A stretch of 64,000 nucleotides of DNA from Chrysomallon squamiferum (Eukaryota; Animalia; Mollusca), in NCBI GenBank assembly GCA_012295275.1, contig CM022667.1, forward strand, positions 17,236,001 through 17,300,000. The letters run 5' to 3'. Positions 1 to 16,415 of the stretch are shown here, piece by piece. The position numbers and the translations under genes are program-made. The notes beneath the pieces are model-generated. The model had not been told where the DNA came from. It ran no database searches and saw only the letters and a program-made list of their open reading frames with translations. Within the stretch, counting starts at the first letter, position 1. Every line of letters starts with the position of its first letter.

Positions 1-369
1 AAACGGTTCTTTTTCTTTCCCCAGTTTTTTTTTCTCTCTCTTTTTTATTGCTGTGACTCCTGTGTTTGTATGACTTTGACAATTGCTTCAACTTGTATTA
101 GCTATGAATCGTGTTTTCTTTGATAATACTCTGTGTTTTCCAAGCACCGGTTCCGTTTCGCCCCTTCACGCGTTTTCGTGTATTTTCACAATTTGTTTCA
201 GCTATCTTTTTTTATTGATCATAAACGCAAAAATGTGTTCATAGCGTAAATGATATGCAGGTTATAAGTATGTTTCTTTTGTCCTCCCCCTCCCCCTCCC
301 GCCCCTGTCTCGTTGGTTCTAACACCTGAGACGAGGTAGAAAAACAGGGTCTAATTCTGAGTCGCGTTC

Positions 370-394
370 GGAATTTCCTAGTTCGGGACTTTCC
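370..394 (+). promoter_or_regulatory. Paired NF-kB/Rel-like sites
   Basis: GGAATTTCC at 370-378 and the canonical GGGACTTTCC at 385-394, 6 bp apart, inside a CpG-containing block. Motif match only. Confidence 0.4.
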
Positions 395-1034
395 GTCATA
401 TTTTATACGTTTTTGTTTATGATTTATGATTTTATTTTGTTTTTGTTTTTATATGTATGTTATGGTTTGATTTAGGATTTTTCCTTTGTGTATTGGCTTG
501 TTTATGTTTGTATTTATTATTTTATTTCATTTTATTTTAATTATAACAAATGAATTTATTATTATTATTTTTTAAATTACTTATTTTAGTTCATTTTATT
601 TCACATTATTTTATTTATTTACTTATTTATTTATTTATTCAGTTAGTTAGTTAATTGGTTATTTTATTTGATTTGATTTAATTTTATTTATTTATTCAGT
701 TAGTTAGTTAGTAAGTTAATTAGTTATTTTATTTGATTTGATTTCATTTATTTATTTATCTGATATTAAGATTTTTAAATTACTTATTTAATTTTGTATA
801 TTATTTTATTTGGTTTTATTTAATAGCTATTTTAATTTAATTTTATTCATATAATTATTTAAAGCTTATTCATTTAATTTTTAAATTTCTGTTCTCTGTT
901 TTTGCTTCATATTAACAGCTTTTTTATTAACATTATTCCCATTTTTAAAATTGTTGTTGTTGTTATCATTATTATTATTGTTATTATCATTATTATTAAA
1001 AATATGTTATGTTTTAAACAGTTTGTTATTGTTG

Positions 1035-1099
<65 letters not shown>

Positions 1100-1237
1100 T
1101 TTTTATTTTTATTTTTATTTTAATTTTTAAAAAATTTTATCTTCACAAAAATTATATATTTTTGTATTTCTTTAAATATTTTTTGGCAAATGTTAACTCT
1201 GAATTATTTTCATATAGACAATAATATCAAGAAATTC

Positions 1238-1294
<57 letters not shown>

Positions 1295-1505
1295 TTAATT
1301 CTTTGTTTTATAAATCTATTTCAAATTTTTAAATTTTTATTATATACTAAAATAAAATGATAACTATAGAAATATTTTATATAAATAATTATATAAATAA
1401 ATAATTAAATCTGCCTAAAATTTTAAAGCTGAAAGTATACTACTAATAATAATAATAATAATAAAAACAACTATAATCGTAATAATAGTAATAATAATAA
1501 TAGTT

Positions 1506-1553
<48 letters not shown>

Positions 1554-2491
1554 ATTGTAATAATGATGATGATAAATAACAGAAACATATAAACATACAA
1601 ACAAACAAACAAACAAACAAACTAACAAATAAGTAACCAGAAAATGTATGTAAAAATGAACAGTATAAAGAACCATGAAAAAAAAAAGAAGAAAGTAAAT
1701 AAACTTAAATATGCAAAACATTATAAATCTGTTGAGAGAAATTTCCAGAGAAATAAATCATGGAATATAAAAAATTCTTAACACATAAAGCGTACACAAA
1801 TCAAGCATCAAACAGCGACTGAAGACCGATACAGGAATAACTAACACACTTTCACACAGACCCTTCATTGTACGCATTAACAAATATCACAGAACAATCT
1901 GTAGCTACACTCACATTTATACGTCTATTAAACACACAGATACAACACTAGAACCAGCATTAATATTTATGCCATCAGAACAGATTATCTATATTATGTT
2001 CTCTACTTATCGGGAATTTTAATTTTTTTTCTCCCTCTTTCTCTCTCCATCTTGTTGTGAATCATTTGTTTCACGATAAAAATGTGTTTTTTCACAGTGA
2101 CGAGACCAGTGGTTGGAATGAACTGCGTGTTGTGACCTTTTCCTGCGCGATAAAATGCGAGTTCGGCTCGGCATCCGGGCACAAGAATTTTGACAGGTGC
2201 GGAACTTACTAAATTTCTCATACGAGAGAGAGAGAGAGAAGGAAAAAAATTCGTTTTGAAAAACAGTGCTATTTCGAACTGGAGAATTGCAAGATTCGTT
2301 CGATAAAAGGACTGTAGGGAATAAAGTGGATTTTCCTATTTTTTGTAGGTAAATCGTATGACGGTGAAAACTGTTTGAGTTAATGTACATACTGTGTACA
2401 GGCAGGCGCGCATGCATGCATGCACTGCACGCACAGATGAAAAAAGGAAAGAAAACTAAGTTAAAGCATTTGCACATGTACAGAAAGCGTG

Positions 2492-2532
<41 letters not shown>

Positions 2533-3225
2533 TGTGTGTGTGTGTGTGTCAGAGAAAGAGAGAAAGAGATCACACATATATAAAACTATGAACTATTTTA
2601 AAACACTTTTAGATGACAGTTACATAAATGATAAATCTGTCACATCGAGTCGGCGTCCTCCCCGGCGTCCCCTCCCCACTGCAGTCAGCAGCTTCACACA
2701 GTGACACGGAGTCACACGTTGTAATATATTTATGTAATCGATATGTTTGAACAAATAAATGTTAATTAAAATCACCTCCATAGCACGCGCCATGCGGGAA
2801 CGTTAAAAAGAAATTGATCAAAATTTAATAAACTAATACATTTCACTCCCGTCCATTTCATCTCGCTTCGATAACCGTATTTCCACATGGCCGTTATTTC
2901 TGATCGAATTAAAACTTTTTTCTCTCTTCTTTTTCTATCAGTCTCTCAGCTTTAGAAATTTGCCCGAGTCTTTGCAAAGCCTTTATACGTCGCTTTGCAC
3001 GACAGCGGAGATGTTATTAATTGAAAAGTGATCGCTAGTATTTGCAGTTGAGATTATACGCGACGACGTACAAAGAGGTTATACAAAAGCTGACAGTCAG
3101 ATTAACCAATAATCGTAACAAGATGATCTCTGATCTGTGTATTAACATCAGTCAGGAATTATTTTGTCTCTTTATTAATGGACTGTGATTGACGGTAAAT
3201 GGATTAAAATTACACCAAAGGGGAA

Positions 3226-3268
<43 letters not shown>

Positions 3269-3596
3269 CACATATATAAATGTGAGACACACACACACAC
3301 ACATATACAGACACATACATGTACATACAGATTATTATTGTTTTATTATTTTGTTTTATATTTATTATACTTTCTTTTAGTTAACTCTTACGTATATCTA
3401 TGTGAAATGAATAGTCAGACACACTCAAAGATACACAGAACAATCACTGACACACACAAACATATACACACGTGCAATATATGCATTCCATAAAACTATA
3501 CATTGATCGTTTCTTTCATTACCCGTTTATTTTTCTCTCGGTTGGAACTTTCTGTAAAATTCATTGGCTGCTGTACTCCGATCAGAACCTAACACG

Positions 3597-3835
3597 TTAT
3601 TTACTTCTTGTTCCAGTGTCAACAATGTTGGGGGTCCTTCCTCGCGGATTAGGCCTCATATCGAGGCTAATCCCGTGTTTGTACTGGGAATGGAGCAGTG
3701 GCTGCATGGTGGTCTGCGTGTTTGCCAGTGTCGAGTTAGACTCTGTTGTGACTGGGAAAGGCCTCCGTCGTTTAGACCCAGACCCAGCTCGTGTTTGTTT
3801 GTTTTTCTTTCTTCCACCCCCAAAATGAGATGCAC
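3597..3835 (-). other. Candidate terminal exon (coding status uncertain)
   Basis: cacag|GT acceptor, then 78 sense codons (ASHFGGGRKKNKQTRAGSGSKRRRPFPVTTESNSTLANTQTTMQPLL...GTRSK*) in a block of about 50% GC. The pyrimidine tract is weak and I recognise no homolog. Confidence 0.25.
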
Positions 3836-4262
3836 CTGTGTTGAGTGATGATCTTTCTTTTTAATTTTATTAACTGATTATAGTGATGATGATGATGATG
3901 ATACCAGTGTAGAAAACTGTGGTAGAATAAAAGAAACAAAGTTCAGTAAAGAAAATAAAAATTTAAAAACATTAAAAATAACCAAACAATGTTTATGAAG
4001 TGTTAATAATTACAATAATAATAATAGTAATAATATTAATAATAAGAGTTGCAACAACAACAACAACAACAACAACAATAATAATAATAATAATAATTCA
4101 ATAAACAGAACAGCAAATAAATAAGTAAATAAAATAAAACGAAATGAAAAAAATAAATAAAGTAAAATAATGTCTAAGTAAGTAAGTCACCAAATTAGTA
4201 GGTAAGTTCCCCAAGTGAGTAAAATAAACAGGCTAAAAAAAAAGTAAACTAATATATTTCAT

Positions 4263-4408
<146 letters not shown>

Positions 4409-4808
4409 CATTATTTTGCCCCCGTCTATCTCCATTGCTGTTATTAATTAACATACTTCATCAAGAACGTTCAAATTTCATTTTTGTCGAACATGTGAAT
4501 GCACTTGTGGTACACAAATCCGAGAAACCGGAAGTCGGCTGAAAGGTGTCCCGTGTGCAATCGTATCATGACACTTATTGGTTAAAAACAAGTCGTTCAA
4601 TCAAATTAATTGGCGACACCCAGTATCCTCGATGTTTTCTCAAGAACACCCAGCGGAAAATTAAAAAGGAGAGACAGTGATGTCATCAAAACTGAAATTG
4701 TTTGTAAAAGAAATGGAGCAGTTTGTCTCTTTCTGATACATCTTCAAAATGAACGTTTCTCCATCCATACAAATTTCATTCCGTTAATATGATTATTTCG
4801 GCAATACT

Positions 4809-4839
<31 letters not shown>

Positions 4840-6509
4840 TAGACTTGTGGCTCTTTTTATGAGATAACGATACATACGTACATACATACACACATACATA
4901 CATACATGAAATTATATACTTATAAATAGATAGACAGAAAGACACAAACACAAACATATACACAAATATTTTATCAAACCATAAATTCATCTATTAATAA
5001 CCCCCCCAAAAAAAAGAAAAAAAAAAGAAGGAAAACAAAATGCCATCCTAGAATCCCAATCGCTTATTTCAGAAACTGGCATCTCGTCAGTGGAAACTAA
5101 GTTCTTCAAGCTGGTTGGTTGGATCGCAGCAAGAAACTAACTAGAAAGCGATGAAAAGCAAATCGTCTGGCGGAGGAATTAATTTACAACATCTGATGGT
5201 TCTGAGGCCGGAGTCCGTAACAAGCCGGTTCGCGAGAGAACATCTGGAAAATGTTTGGCGTCCTGCATGCATCTGTAGCTTCGCGGAAAATTGCGTGTGA
5301 AAACAAGCGGCGCAGGCCAAGGCAACCGATAACACAATTACTCTGTTCTGTGGTTTGTGATTTGTGCAAATGATTTTGATATATGTATGAATGTTGGGTG
5401 TGAGTCTGGGTATATGTGTACGTACGTGTATCTGTCTGTCTGTCTCTGTCTGTTGTATGTATAGATGTATGTACGTATGTATGTATCTGCATATGCACAT
5501 ATGTATGCATATTGAAACATACAGATATTTAAGAATAACATAAGAAATAAACAATACAGATCTTCTCCCATGTTTACGAAACAAACAACAACAAATAATA
5601 AAAAATGATGATGCAAACAGAACACAAACAAACACAGAATCCTCTAACTTATGTCTTTATTATTGCTAGGCAGGACGACTTGTGTATACTCATAACACAA
5701 ACGTTATTTTCATAAAGCACGATATTTATTTACATACATGATACACTGTTCTAACTAATCGCAATGGAAACAAAGATGCTAGGTATCTGGCGTGTGCGGC
5801 CGTTTTACACAGAGTCATTCATAAGTAGATGGATGTATTGCTGAGTGAAAAGAGAAATGAAAAAAATATACCTACATAAGAAAGAGAAAAAATAAAAATA
5901 GTAAAGATGTGAATTATTAACGAGATAAAAAAAAATAAAAGCGGCAGAGAGGTAAGGGAAAGAAAAAGAGAGACAGGAGGAAAGTTTGACAGTGGGAGTA
6001 CGGGGAAGAAGATTTCCTTCTGTCTGTTCTTTTCTGTTTCGGTGGTGCTTTTTTTGGATTAATTAGTCTATTGATTAAATCCATCGGCCAGGATAGAAAA
6101 TAGCTGGAAAAGTTGCTAGCCGAGTTCAACAACCGTTTTCAGCTAATAAGAAGACAGGAAAAAAGCAGAAGAAAGAAAAAAAAAAAATGTTTTGAATCTC
6201 ATTGAGTTAAGTCCCGTTATACATCAGTCAAAAATTTTGGCGCGAAACTGTTGACATTTTTTAGATAAACCATTGTGAAATGGATAGGGCTGTTAACTCT
6301 ATGGAAAGGCGCCAAATTATTTAAAATTCCTGATTTCAGTTAATTAATATTTCATCAAGGCGTACGTTCCTGTTAGATACGAAATAGACACATGACTCCA
6401 GAACAGGCAAAGTTTAAAACATGGGAGAACACTTTACTGGAATAGCTGGGATTATTTCATAACTTTTTATTTTTATTTTTATTTTTTTCAGTGCTACTAC
6501 TACTACTAT

Positions 6510-6565
<56 letters not shown>

Positions 6566-6730
6566 TTATTACTTATATTAATATCATTATTTATAGACAC
6601 ACACACACATATATATAGAATAAAAACACCTTAAGGTCTGCGCATGCTCTGAATGTCCAGAAATCAAGAAGGCACGGAATGTCAGTGATTAAACACTGTT
6701 TACCTGTTTGAAGCAAGTTTTCTTCTACCA

Positions 6731-6803
6731 GCCACCATAGCTCAGGGGTTAGAGCACTGGTCTTGTAAACCAGGGGTCGTGAGTTCGATTCTCACTGGTG
6801 GCT
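6731..6803 (+). tRNA. tRNA-Thr(UGU), copy 1 (A4-U69, D-loop AGGGGTTA)
   Basis: Complete 73-nt cloverleaf: GCCACCA-TA-GCTC-AGGGGTTA-GAGC-A-CTGGT-CTTGTAA-ACCAG-GGGTC-GTGAG-TTCGATT-CTCAC-TGGTGGC-T. Anticodon TGT, intact A/B boxes, T-run about 25 nt downstream. Confidence 0.97.
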
Positions 6804-7025
6804 TTAAACCATTGTTTGAATACTGATTTTTTATTTTATTATTATTATTTTTTTTCTCCCTGTAGTTGGTTTTTGTTGTGAGATTATTGAAATTCTGGTG
6901 CAAATCAATCTCTCTATCTGTGTCTCTCCACAGAAATAACCCGCTAAAATAATAGAAAGAAAAAAAAAAGTGAAAATGAGCACTTAATAATAATATTAAT
7001 CAGAAGAACAACAACAACGACAACA

Positions 7026-7067
<42 letters not shown>

Positions 7068-7087
7068 TATAATAATAATAATCATAA

Positions 7088-7128
<41 letters not shown>

Positions 7129-7449
7129 GTAATAATAATAATAGTCGTAAGATATATTTTTATTACTCTTATATGATCGTTCTCCTGATCAACACCCCCC
7201 CTCCATCCGCTGATAGGTTAATCTGCACTCACTCAGGAAATCAAATATAAATATTTTTGTAACATATATCATCGCAATAACGGAGTAAGGGTTAAAGTGT
7301 GTCGAGACATGACTTTTTATCTCTTGCGTAATTGTTGATGTAACTTAGATCATAATTAATTACACGCTTCTATTTGTGGAGAAAGACCGTCAAAACTGTA
7401 TTTTCTGTCTTTAATCATAAACATAGTGTGTGTATGTGATTGGGTTTAA

Positions 7450-7535
<86 letters not shown>

Positions 7536-7629
7536 GAGAGAAAATTAGGACAATAAAGACATATTTATGGAGACCAAATATATATGTAGTTTATATATAT
7601 TAAAGAGAAAGACAGAGTGAATGATAGCT

Positions 7630-7815
<186 letters not shown>

Positions 7816-8694
7816 ATAAACAGTTATGTTTTTAACACTAAAATGAGCTATGATTAATTGGAACTACCGAATTTATACATTAAAAGATTCAGAGAGAAAG
7901 ATAGAGAGAATATATGAAGAAATTATTTCTGGAATAATAATAATAAAAATAATAAAAATACATCAGATTTTCTCGCTCTGTGAGCTGACTGCTGCAGATG
8001 CATTAACAAAAACATTTCATCAGGTTCCGTTAATCTGCAACCTTCCCACCCTTTTACAGAAATTTAAATAAAATATAAAAAACGACGACAACAACGAAAA
8101 CAACTTGATAAACTGAAAACTTACTAAACAAACACTTGTTGCCACATCAGAATGACTTTCCCGAGAGAAATTTTTGATAAAATCTCGACAAGAAATGTTT
8201 TATTTCGTTCAAGATTTGATGATTTTTACACACGATTGAATTTTGATAAGAAAAAAATTCAGATTCGTAGCAATTTCATACGCGATTCCGTGGGAAGACA
8301 GAGGTTGCACAATATTAGCATTTGCAGTCTTGTAAGTGAATTAGCGACTTTTTCGAATCTCAGTCATAGAATCCACGGCACCAGGACAATTTAACATTAC
8401 TTTCCCACTATCATAAAGATTAAATCGTCCTCTGGGGAGGTGCCCTGTCGTCCGTGGATATTCACGAAGTGCCGAAAAGTCAGAAAAACAACCAGCATGA
8501 ATCGTCACGGCTGAGCGAATGTAAAACCACTCCCGGTTCTTTGCCGTACTTGGCGGTGCCTCGCTCGCCTCTCGGGGATAACGGAGTTGTTGTTACCAGT
8601 GACCTGTCGCAAAGAAACATGGGAAGGCGTCTTGTCTACGCTGTAGATCTATGTGATAAATCGTATATGAAAAACGCTAACAGAAATGAAAACA

Positions 8695-8807
<113 letters not shown>

Positions 8808-9389
8808 GCTGAGATGAAGATATGTAAGCTGAGCTAGTAAAATTATTAATATTTTATGAAATAAAGGAGTTCAAACGAAGCAAGTTACTTGAAAAGTTTG
8901 TAATTAAATATTTCACTACAATTACATATATATATATATATATATATATACATATCTATAATTATATACAACGCACTCACATATATATACATGCATAGAA
9001 TTTGAACTGTCACCTGCAAATAAATATATAACATGTCTGTACTAAGGCACATCAGCTTAACTGTGTAATTTTTAAATTAAATTTATGTGCAATGACATTT
9101 GTACAACCAGATTAGCAAAAAGATAAAAAGAGAAAATTAAATGTTGAATATCTAAAAACAAAACCACATAACTATTTATAACTCGTGTTTATATATATAT
9201 ATTTATATATGTGTGTGTGTATGTGTGTTTATATCTCTCTCTCTCCCTCTTTCTCACCATCTATCTTCTTTTCATTTTACTTCAGTCTTCTTTTGCCCCT
9301 CTGTGTTTCTGTATTAATCTTTTTGGGTCTCGTTTTGCCTATCTCACTCTTTAATTACAAACACATACGCGCACATAAACAGGCATTCG

Positions 9390-9448
<59 letters not shown>

Positions 9449-9749
9449 TTTTATATATTATAAGCATTAAAGAAAGCTATCAGTTGATGTAAACAAAAGT
9501 ACGTGAACCGGCTGGGTGTGTTTGATTTGCTGAGCGGAGCATGTCAGATTTCAGCAGCTTTGATAGCACTGCCAATAAAATATTAATATAGCAGTGCTAT
9601 CATTAACTTAGAAAGCAGGCTTTCTTTTCTTTTTTCTTTTTTCACTTTACTTAACTGACCGTTTAAAAAGTGATGCTTTATGCATTTCAGTCTATGTATG
9701 TATATTTATTTGTACGTTTGTCACATTTAAAAAATAAAAGTAGGCATAC

Positions 9750-9822
9750 AGCCACCAGTGAGAATCGAACTCACGACCCCTGGTTTACAAGACCAGTGCT
9801 CTAACCCCTGAGCTATGGTGGC
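9750..9822 (-). tRNA. tRNA-Thr(UGU), copy 2 (identical to copy 1)
   Basis: Reverse complement is identical to 6731-6803 over all 73 nt. Followed on the minus strand by TTTTATTTTTT, a Pol III terminator. Confidence 0.97.
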
Positions 9823-10354
9823 GCTGGTTAAGTTATAACTATAAATACTGATACATTACTTTAAATATCGATATCCTATAAAAAAAATTGTCCATCAGTT
9901 ATTTTTATTCGTTCCTTATTAAGTCTTTCGTTCTACATATCTGTGTAATCACTCTCTTAGGTATTATTCATTCACCCATCAAACCACCCATCTAACCACC
10001 CGCCTGACCTTCTGTTCTCCCAGCATCTTCTCAATCAAATAACTTCACAACAACAACAAAACAAACAAATTCTTAAACCACTCGATGTTTTTAAAAGTTT
10101 GCTTGGGATACCGCCCACTTTGTTATTCTCAAAGACATTTTTATCCAACAGATGGCGCTAAAGATGACGACATATGCTTTATTTAAAAACAAATGCTGAA
10201 GGAAGACAGAAAGAAAGAAAATGAAAAGAAAGAAGAAAAGAAACATGAAGAAAGCTTCTTTTTTTTTTTTTAAAAAGACATAAATCTGAATCCAAGGTCG
10301 AAACTGTTTGCTTTTTATCATTATTTTTATATGTTTTATTACTTCTTTTTTTTT

Positions 10355-10409
<55 letters not shown>

Positions 10410-10949
10410 CTTCAGTGTAGCTTAATGCTTCAACAAGTTGATCTTTCCCCGTCGCGCAAACACGCAAAAATAACACAGCCAAGGAAAATTAGCGTTCAGC
10501 AAAGGCTATTAGAACGTATCTGGTACATTTCTTTTCGTAACGTATGTCCTGGTAATTAAGGTTTCAACTCTGCTGGTTTCATTCGCCGCTAGATTTGCGG
10601 AGTCGAGGCATAACGTAAGTGGCGACATCTGTCACACGGGTCGGTTGGAATGGGGTGTAGAATACTGTTTGGTTCATTCTGCAAGTAAAGAAAGTAGAAG
10701 ATGAAAAAATAAAAAAAACGAGAAAAAGGCAAACTTACCACTTGTAGTGTTTAGTGTTTGTTTTATATACAGAAATTGACAAACATAAGGTGTTGGAATT
10801 TATGTTGATGTGAATCGCAGATACGAGGTAGAAAGAGAAACTGAAGAAAGGGTTTTGTATGTGTGTAACTGCATGCACGCGAATTTGTGCATATAATATT
10901 ATATATATGATCATGGATTCTGCATTAAGATGGCTGAAATGTTTGTATG

Positions 10950-11053
<104 letters not shown>

Positions 11054-13572
11054 TGTGTATAATTATGTACAAACACGTAATAAATATTTGTTCCAGTTTT
11101 ATAGATTTGTTTTCCCTCTCTTCCTTTCTCTACCCCGTCCTCATCTTGCCTCTCTCTCTCTTCTTATCCTTCTCTTTTTCATTTGTTCACTTTCCTTTCA
11201 TTTTCTTAGCTTTTTTTTTTTTTTTTTTTTATTTTTAATTTTTTATAATATTTATAAATATTATGTCATATTGTTATTATTTTCTTTTTGTGTAACAATT
11301 TAGACTTACGACGAGACCACAATGCGAGGATTACTTTGGCAAATATCGTATTGTGATTCCCACACAAACAGAACCAGTTAACAAAACTGATTAATTTATT
11401 TGCAGTAATGGAAAGGCAAACCGCTTAAGGGGCCATTAGCAACTGGCAAATTCTTTCTCTTCTTCTTCTTTATTTAATTCATTTTCTTCTTTTGATTCAT
11501 AAAAAGGCTGTCCAAAAAAGGTATATGGATTCCTTATGTGTTAAAAATTGAATCACCGATCAATTTTTTTTTTTTTTATTGTCACAGTTGTTTCATTTGT
11601 CTTCTTTTCCTTTCTTCGAACAACGTTTGTGTCTTTTGTCATAGATATGTTTACAAGGACGTCACTCGCATTGATTCCGGTAAGCACTTAACTGTGCGCT
11701 CCACGTTTTCACACTGCATTCGCCTGTGAGCGGGCTGGGATGGAAGAAATGACAATAGGAAAATAAAAATTAATATCAAGGGGGAAAAAATGTGAAAAAG
11801 AAAAAAAATATATAGGACACTTAAAACCGAAGAAAAAAATTGTTGTATAATTCCTTCAAGTCCCTTTCAAGATAAAACGAAAATATTTGACTCATCTGTG
11901 AAGCAAATAATTCCACCAGAGGTCGTTCAGTACGGCCAGCCTTGTCAAGTGACACTCGTAAGCGTCACGTGATATCGATTATTGATCTCCTAGGCAAATT
12001 GACGATGAAACTTGTTATGTTATTCTCTTGGCAGACAAAAGGTTTATCTTCGATCGCCGCCAATTTAAAGAAAAACCTTTTAGAACATCAAAGTCAAGAA
12101 TCGTTGACGAAAAAGGGTGCGCTGTTTAAGGGCGGAAATCACCGCTAACTGTACATGTCAAAAAATGGCGGTCGGAGATTTTAGACATTGTTGAATTTGT
12201 TTGCATAGGCAAAAGTGTTAAATATATCTCTTCTATTTTTTGTTATAATTTTGTGGTTAATTTTTTTATTTTATTTTTATATTTTAATATATTTTTTGTT
12301 TATGTTTTTATGTTGTTCTTTTATACTTTTTTTTTTTTTTTTTTAATCTTCTAATTTCAATAGTAAAAGTTAGAAAAGGTTTTCAAGATTTTTTGGTACT
12401 TTTTAAAGAATTCTTATTAATTAATTCATTCATTCATCCATTTATACGAGCATGTATTGCATTTATTTACCATTGCTTTTAATTTGTCAGATAAGAAAAA
12501 AAAATATGTAATAGTTAATTGATAAATAACATCGGCGGTAATATGTATAATATCCATCTGTCTGTCTGTCTGTTTATATCAGATAAATATATAAATAAAT
12601 AAATAAATAAATAAATAAATAGTACAAATATATTTCGCAAAACCCATAGTGTATAAAACACAATATTCACAAAAACACAAAAACATAAGAGAGCACTTAT
12701 TTAAAAATTAAATAAAACATAAAATAAAAAAGTAAAAATTGTTACATATTTTCTCTCACTTTCCCTTTTCATTTTAACTTTAAATTCTTGCAATTCTCTT
12801 TTTCAGTAAAACTTTTAATTAAAAATAAAATTTCAAATTAAAAGGAAAAAAAGAAGAAATAACTGCTCCGGGCTGCACACGTCTGCGACATGAAGCGCGG
12901 GAAACGAGCGCGAGATCGTCTGACCGAACGCACCTGCTACGATATTGATGACACTGTTGTCAATCAAGTGTCACTGTCGATGACTGACATCTGACGAACA
13001 CACGTAATGTGTGCCATTTAACAAATCCTAGCTGAATTAAAATTCCTCCATATTGGGTTACACCCTCCGAGATGTTCAATGAAGTGTTAAAGTACACTGT
13101 GTGAAATAAATTAATGTCTATCTTAGAGAAAAAGGGCGTGGCCCGCGGGAAAATGCTTATATATATTTTTTTTTTATTTTTTTTTTTTTTTATTCCTGCA
13201 GTAGAAATATGTGGATTTTTTCCCCCCTTTTTATTCACCACGAAACGTGTGTAAGTTTCAAAGTAGATAAGATTATCAGTCACTCGCACCGGTGCGCATG
13301 ATCGTTTTGGCGTGAAATTCAGTACAGAATAAAGATCCTGTATTTCTTGATGATCTGTTGACTGAGGCTAAAATGACTATCGCCAATCAGAAACGTGTTT
13401 ACAAACGTCTTAGGCTTTGTTTACATATAGCATATCGAAATTGTTTCAGTTTCTTTCGTTCTTTTCTTTTTCTTCTTTATTCGTCCTTTTCAAAAACAAA
13501 AACTTTTTTCTTTCTTGAGGTTTTTGTTCAGTTTTAAGATATGTATTATCATCATTATTATCATCATCATCA

Positions 13573-13641
<69 letters not shown>

Positions 13642-13824
13642 AAAATTTTAATATTTTATTCCTTACTTTCTTACTAATATATCTGTATCTTTATAACTTC
13701 TTTCAGTATATGTTCTCTATTTCTCTCTCTCTTTCTGTCTCGTATATACGTATGTGTATATATATAATACTAACAAAAAAAACTACAATAGTTCTTCAAC
13801 GGTAGTAACATAAATGTCAATAAT

Positions 13825-13894
<70 letters not shown>

Positions 13895-14343
13895 TTAAAA
13901 ATAATATAAAGCTGTTCTGTGAGTTTATTCAATTTGTTAGTGCCTTATTATCGTTTGCTCGACTTCTTTTAGTCGCCGAATTAACTATGATCACTTTTCG
14001 TTTGTCTACGTGCCGAAATCTAGACAAACAGAACTTGTCAAAATAACCCTCCAATGCCCTTTCATTAATCGATGAAAGCAATCGTATCATTGGTCAACAT
14101 CCTCTGTGTTCTGACCATACAGAACCCGCGTCTCTAACAACACAGTGTAATGGTCGCCTTAAATCTTCGGACTTTCCGATCTGTTTTGTCTCAGATCTTG
14201 ACGCTAAATAATTAAATTTTTAAAGTTGACTGTCAGATATGTATATATCGATTAATCACTTTCATCTGACAGCCAGTTCAGAAATTTATATATTTATGAC
14301 CGATAAATAAATAAATAAATTAAATTAAATTAAATTAAATGTA

Positions 14344-14382
<39 letters not shown>

Positions 14383-14485
14383 AACTGTTTTCATGTGTTT
14401 TAAACAGCAATAGCTTTGACAAGTCTGTAGTCTATTTTGACTTTTCAGTTCAGGAGAGGTGACTTCTAAAACCTTTCAAAAATAC

Positions 14486-14735
<250 letters not shown>

Positions 14736-14852
14736 ATGTGTAAAATATAATCCATTACGATCATGCCACACCTTATTTAATTATTCATTTTGACATGTTC
14801 TCCATTTCTTTTTCTTTTTCGCTCTTTCTGTATCTCAGATCTAAAGAGATTA

Positions 14853-14886
<34 letters not shown>

Positions 14887-14998
14887 CTCTGGCTAATAAA
14901 GTGACATAATAAGGGTGTGTTCGTAAATTCCTGCTAAATCTAAATACTGAGAAAATTAGCTCTGTGAAATGTATATTTTTTCTCGCTCAGTTTTATTA

Positions 14999-15036
<38 letters not shown>

Positions 15037-15151
15037 CGTAGTAGTAGTAGTAGTAGTTGTGGTAGTAGTAGTAGTAGTAGTATCATCATCATCATCTTCA
15101 TCAACAACAACATTATTATTATTATTTTATTATTATATTTTAATCTCTCTC

Positions 15152-15208
<57 letters not shown>

Positions 15209-16378
15209 ATATATATATATATAAGAAATTGTTTAACAACTGAAGAAAGAAAGAAAGAAAGAAGGACCAAGGAAAAAGAAAACGACTCCTTAGTGAAAAA
15301 TGGGAACAAAGTTAATTATATAAAATCATACTCTAAGATGACACATATATATATACATGAATAAACAACAATAAATAAATAAATAATACTCTTTTTTTAA
15401 GCGATTAAATGAACATAATGATAAAGAAATTGACAGGAAAAAGGTATAAAAGCGATGTGAGATACCTTTTAAATTATAGCATGTAATGTATATAAATCCT
15501 TGTGGCAATTTGTACAAGCTAAATTTATTATGAAATTCACAATAAATTATTTATAAAATTAACACAAAATTTCGCACGAAGTGCACTAATTAATCGGCGA
15601 TGTCAAAACTGACACGAAATTGACATGTCATTCTGAAATCGATGAGAAAACAAAAATTCCGAATTTTTCATTCACTGAAATAATACACACACGCGTTTTC
15701 TCTTTATCTCTTTCTTTTCCCCTTTTTCATTCTCAGAGATATTTCTGTGGAAATTAGTAAAGGAATTCAGTTAATTTGCCCATTATGAAACGAAGACGAT
15801 GCGGTCGCCAGACCCCGACGACGTGTTTGTTGTCGTATAATTAACGGATAGATTCCACTCGCATTTTGCGATATTGTTTCCAGTTCGACGTACAATGCGC
15901 TCGGCCGAGGTTTGTTGACTTACAAATTAATAAGAAAACATCTTTCAATTTTCTATATTTCACGAGCTGTCTGCTTGTTTGTTTTCGTTTCGCCGATTCG
16001 GTACGGAAATTAATTAGATCTTTCACAAGCCAATCGCTGTGATCAATACTCTCTTTGTCATCACGTGACTGTGAAACGTCTTCGCCCAGTTTTGACGCAT
16101 CCAAAAAGGTCAGTTATGCTCAAAGCGAGGTGTATGTCATAAAGGCGATACAGTGGTTAAAAGGAGGGGTTGACCATGTTAAACACACATCAAAAATATA
16201 GCAAAAATAAAAATGTTAACGTTGCAATATTCCGATTTTTCTATTTTTTAACTAAAAAAAAAAAAAAAAAAAAATATAAGTATAATTCATAAATATAATA
16301 AAAATAAATATATAAATAAATAAATAAATAAATACATAAATTCCTCATTCATTCATTACTGCTACTACTACTACTATA

Positions 16379-16415
<37 letters not shown>

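Noticed and set aside
14226-14272. ctgtcagat...atctgacag hairpin as a pre-miRNA
   Set aside because: Stem is only about 12 bp with a large loop and matches no conserved miRNA I recall.
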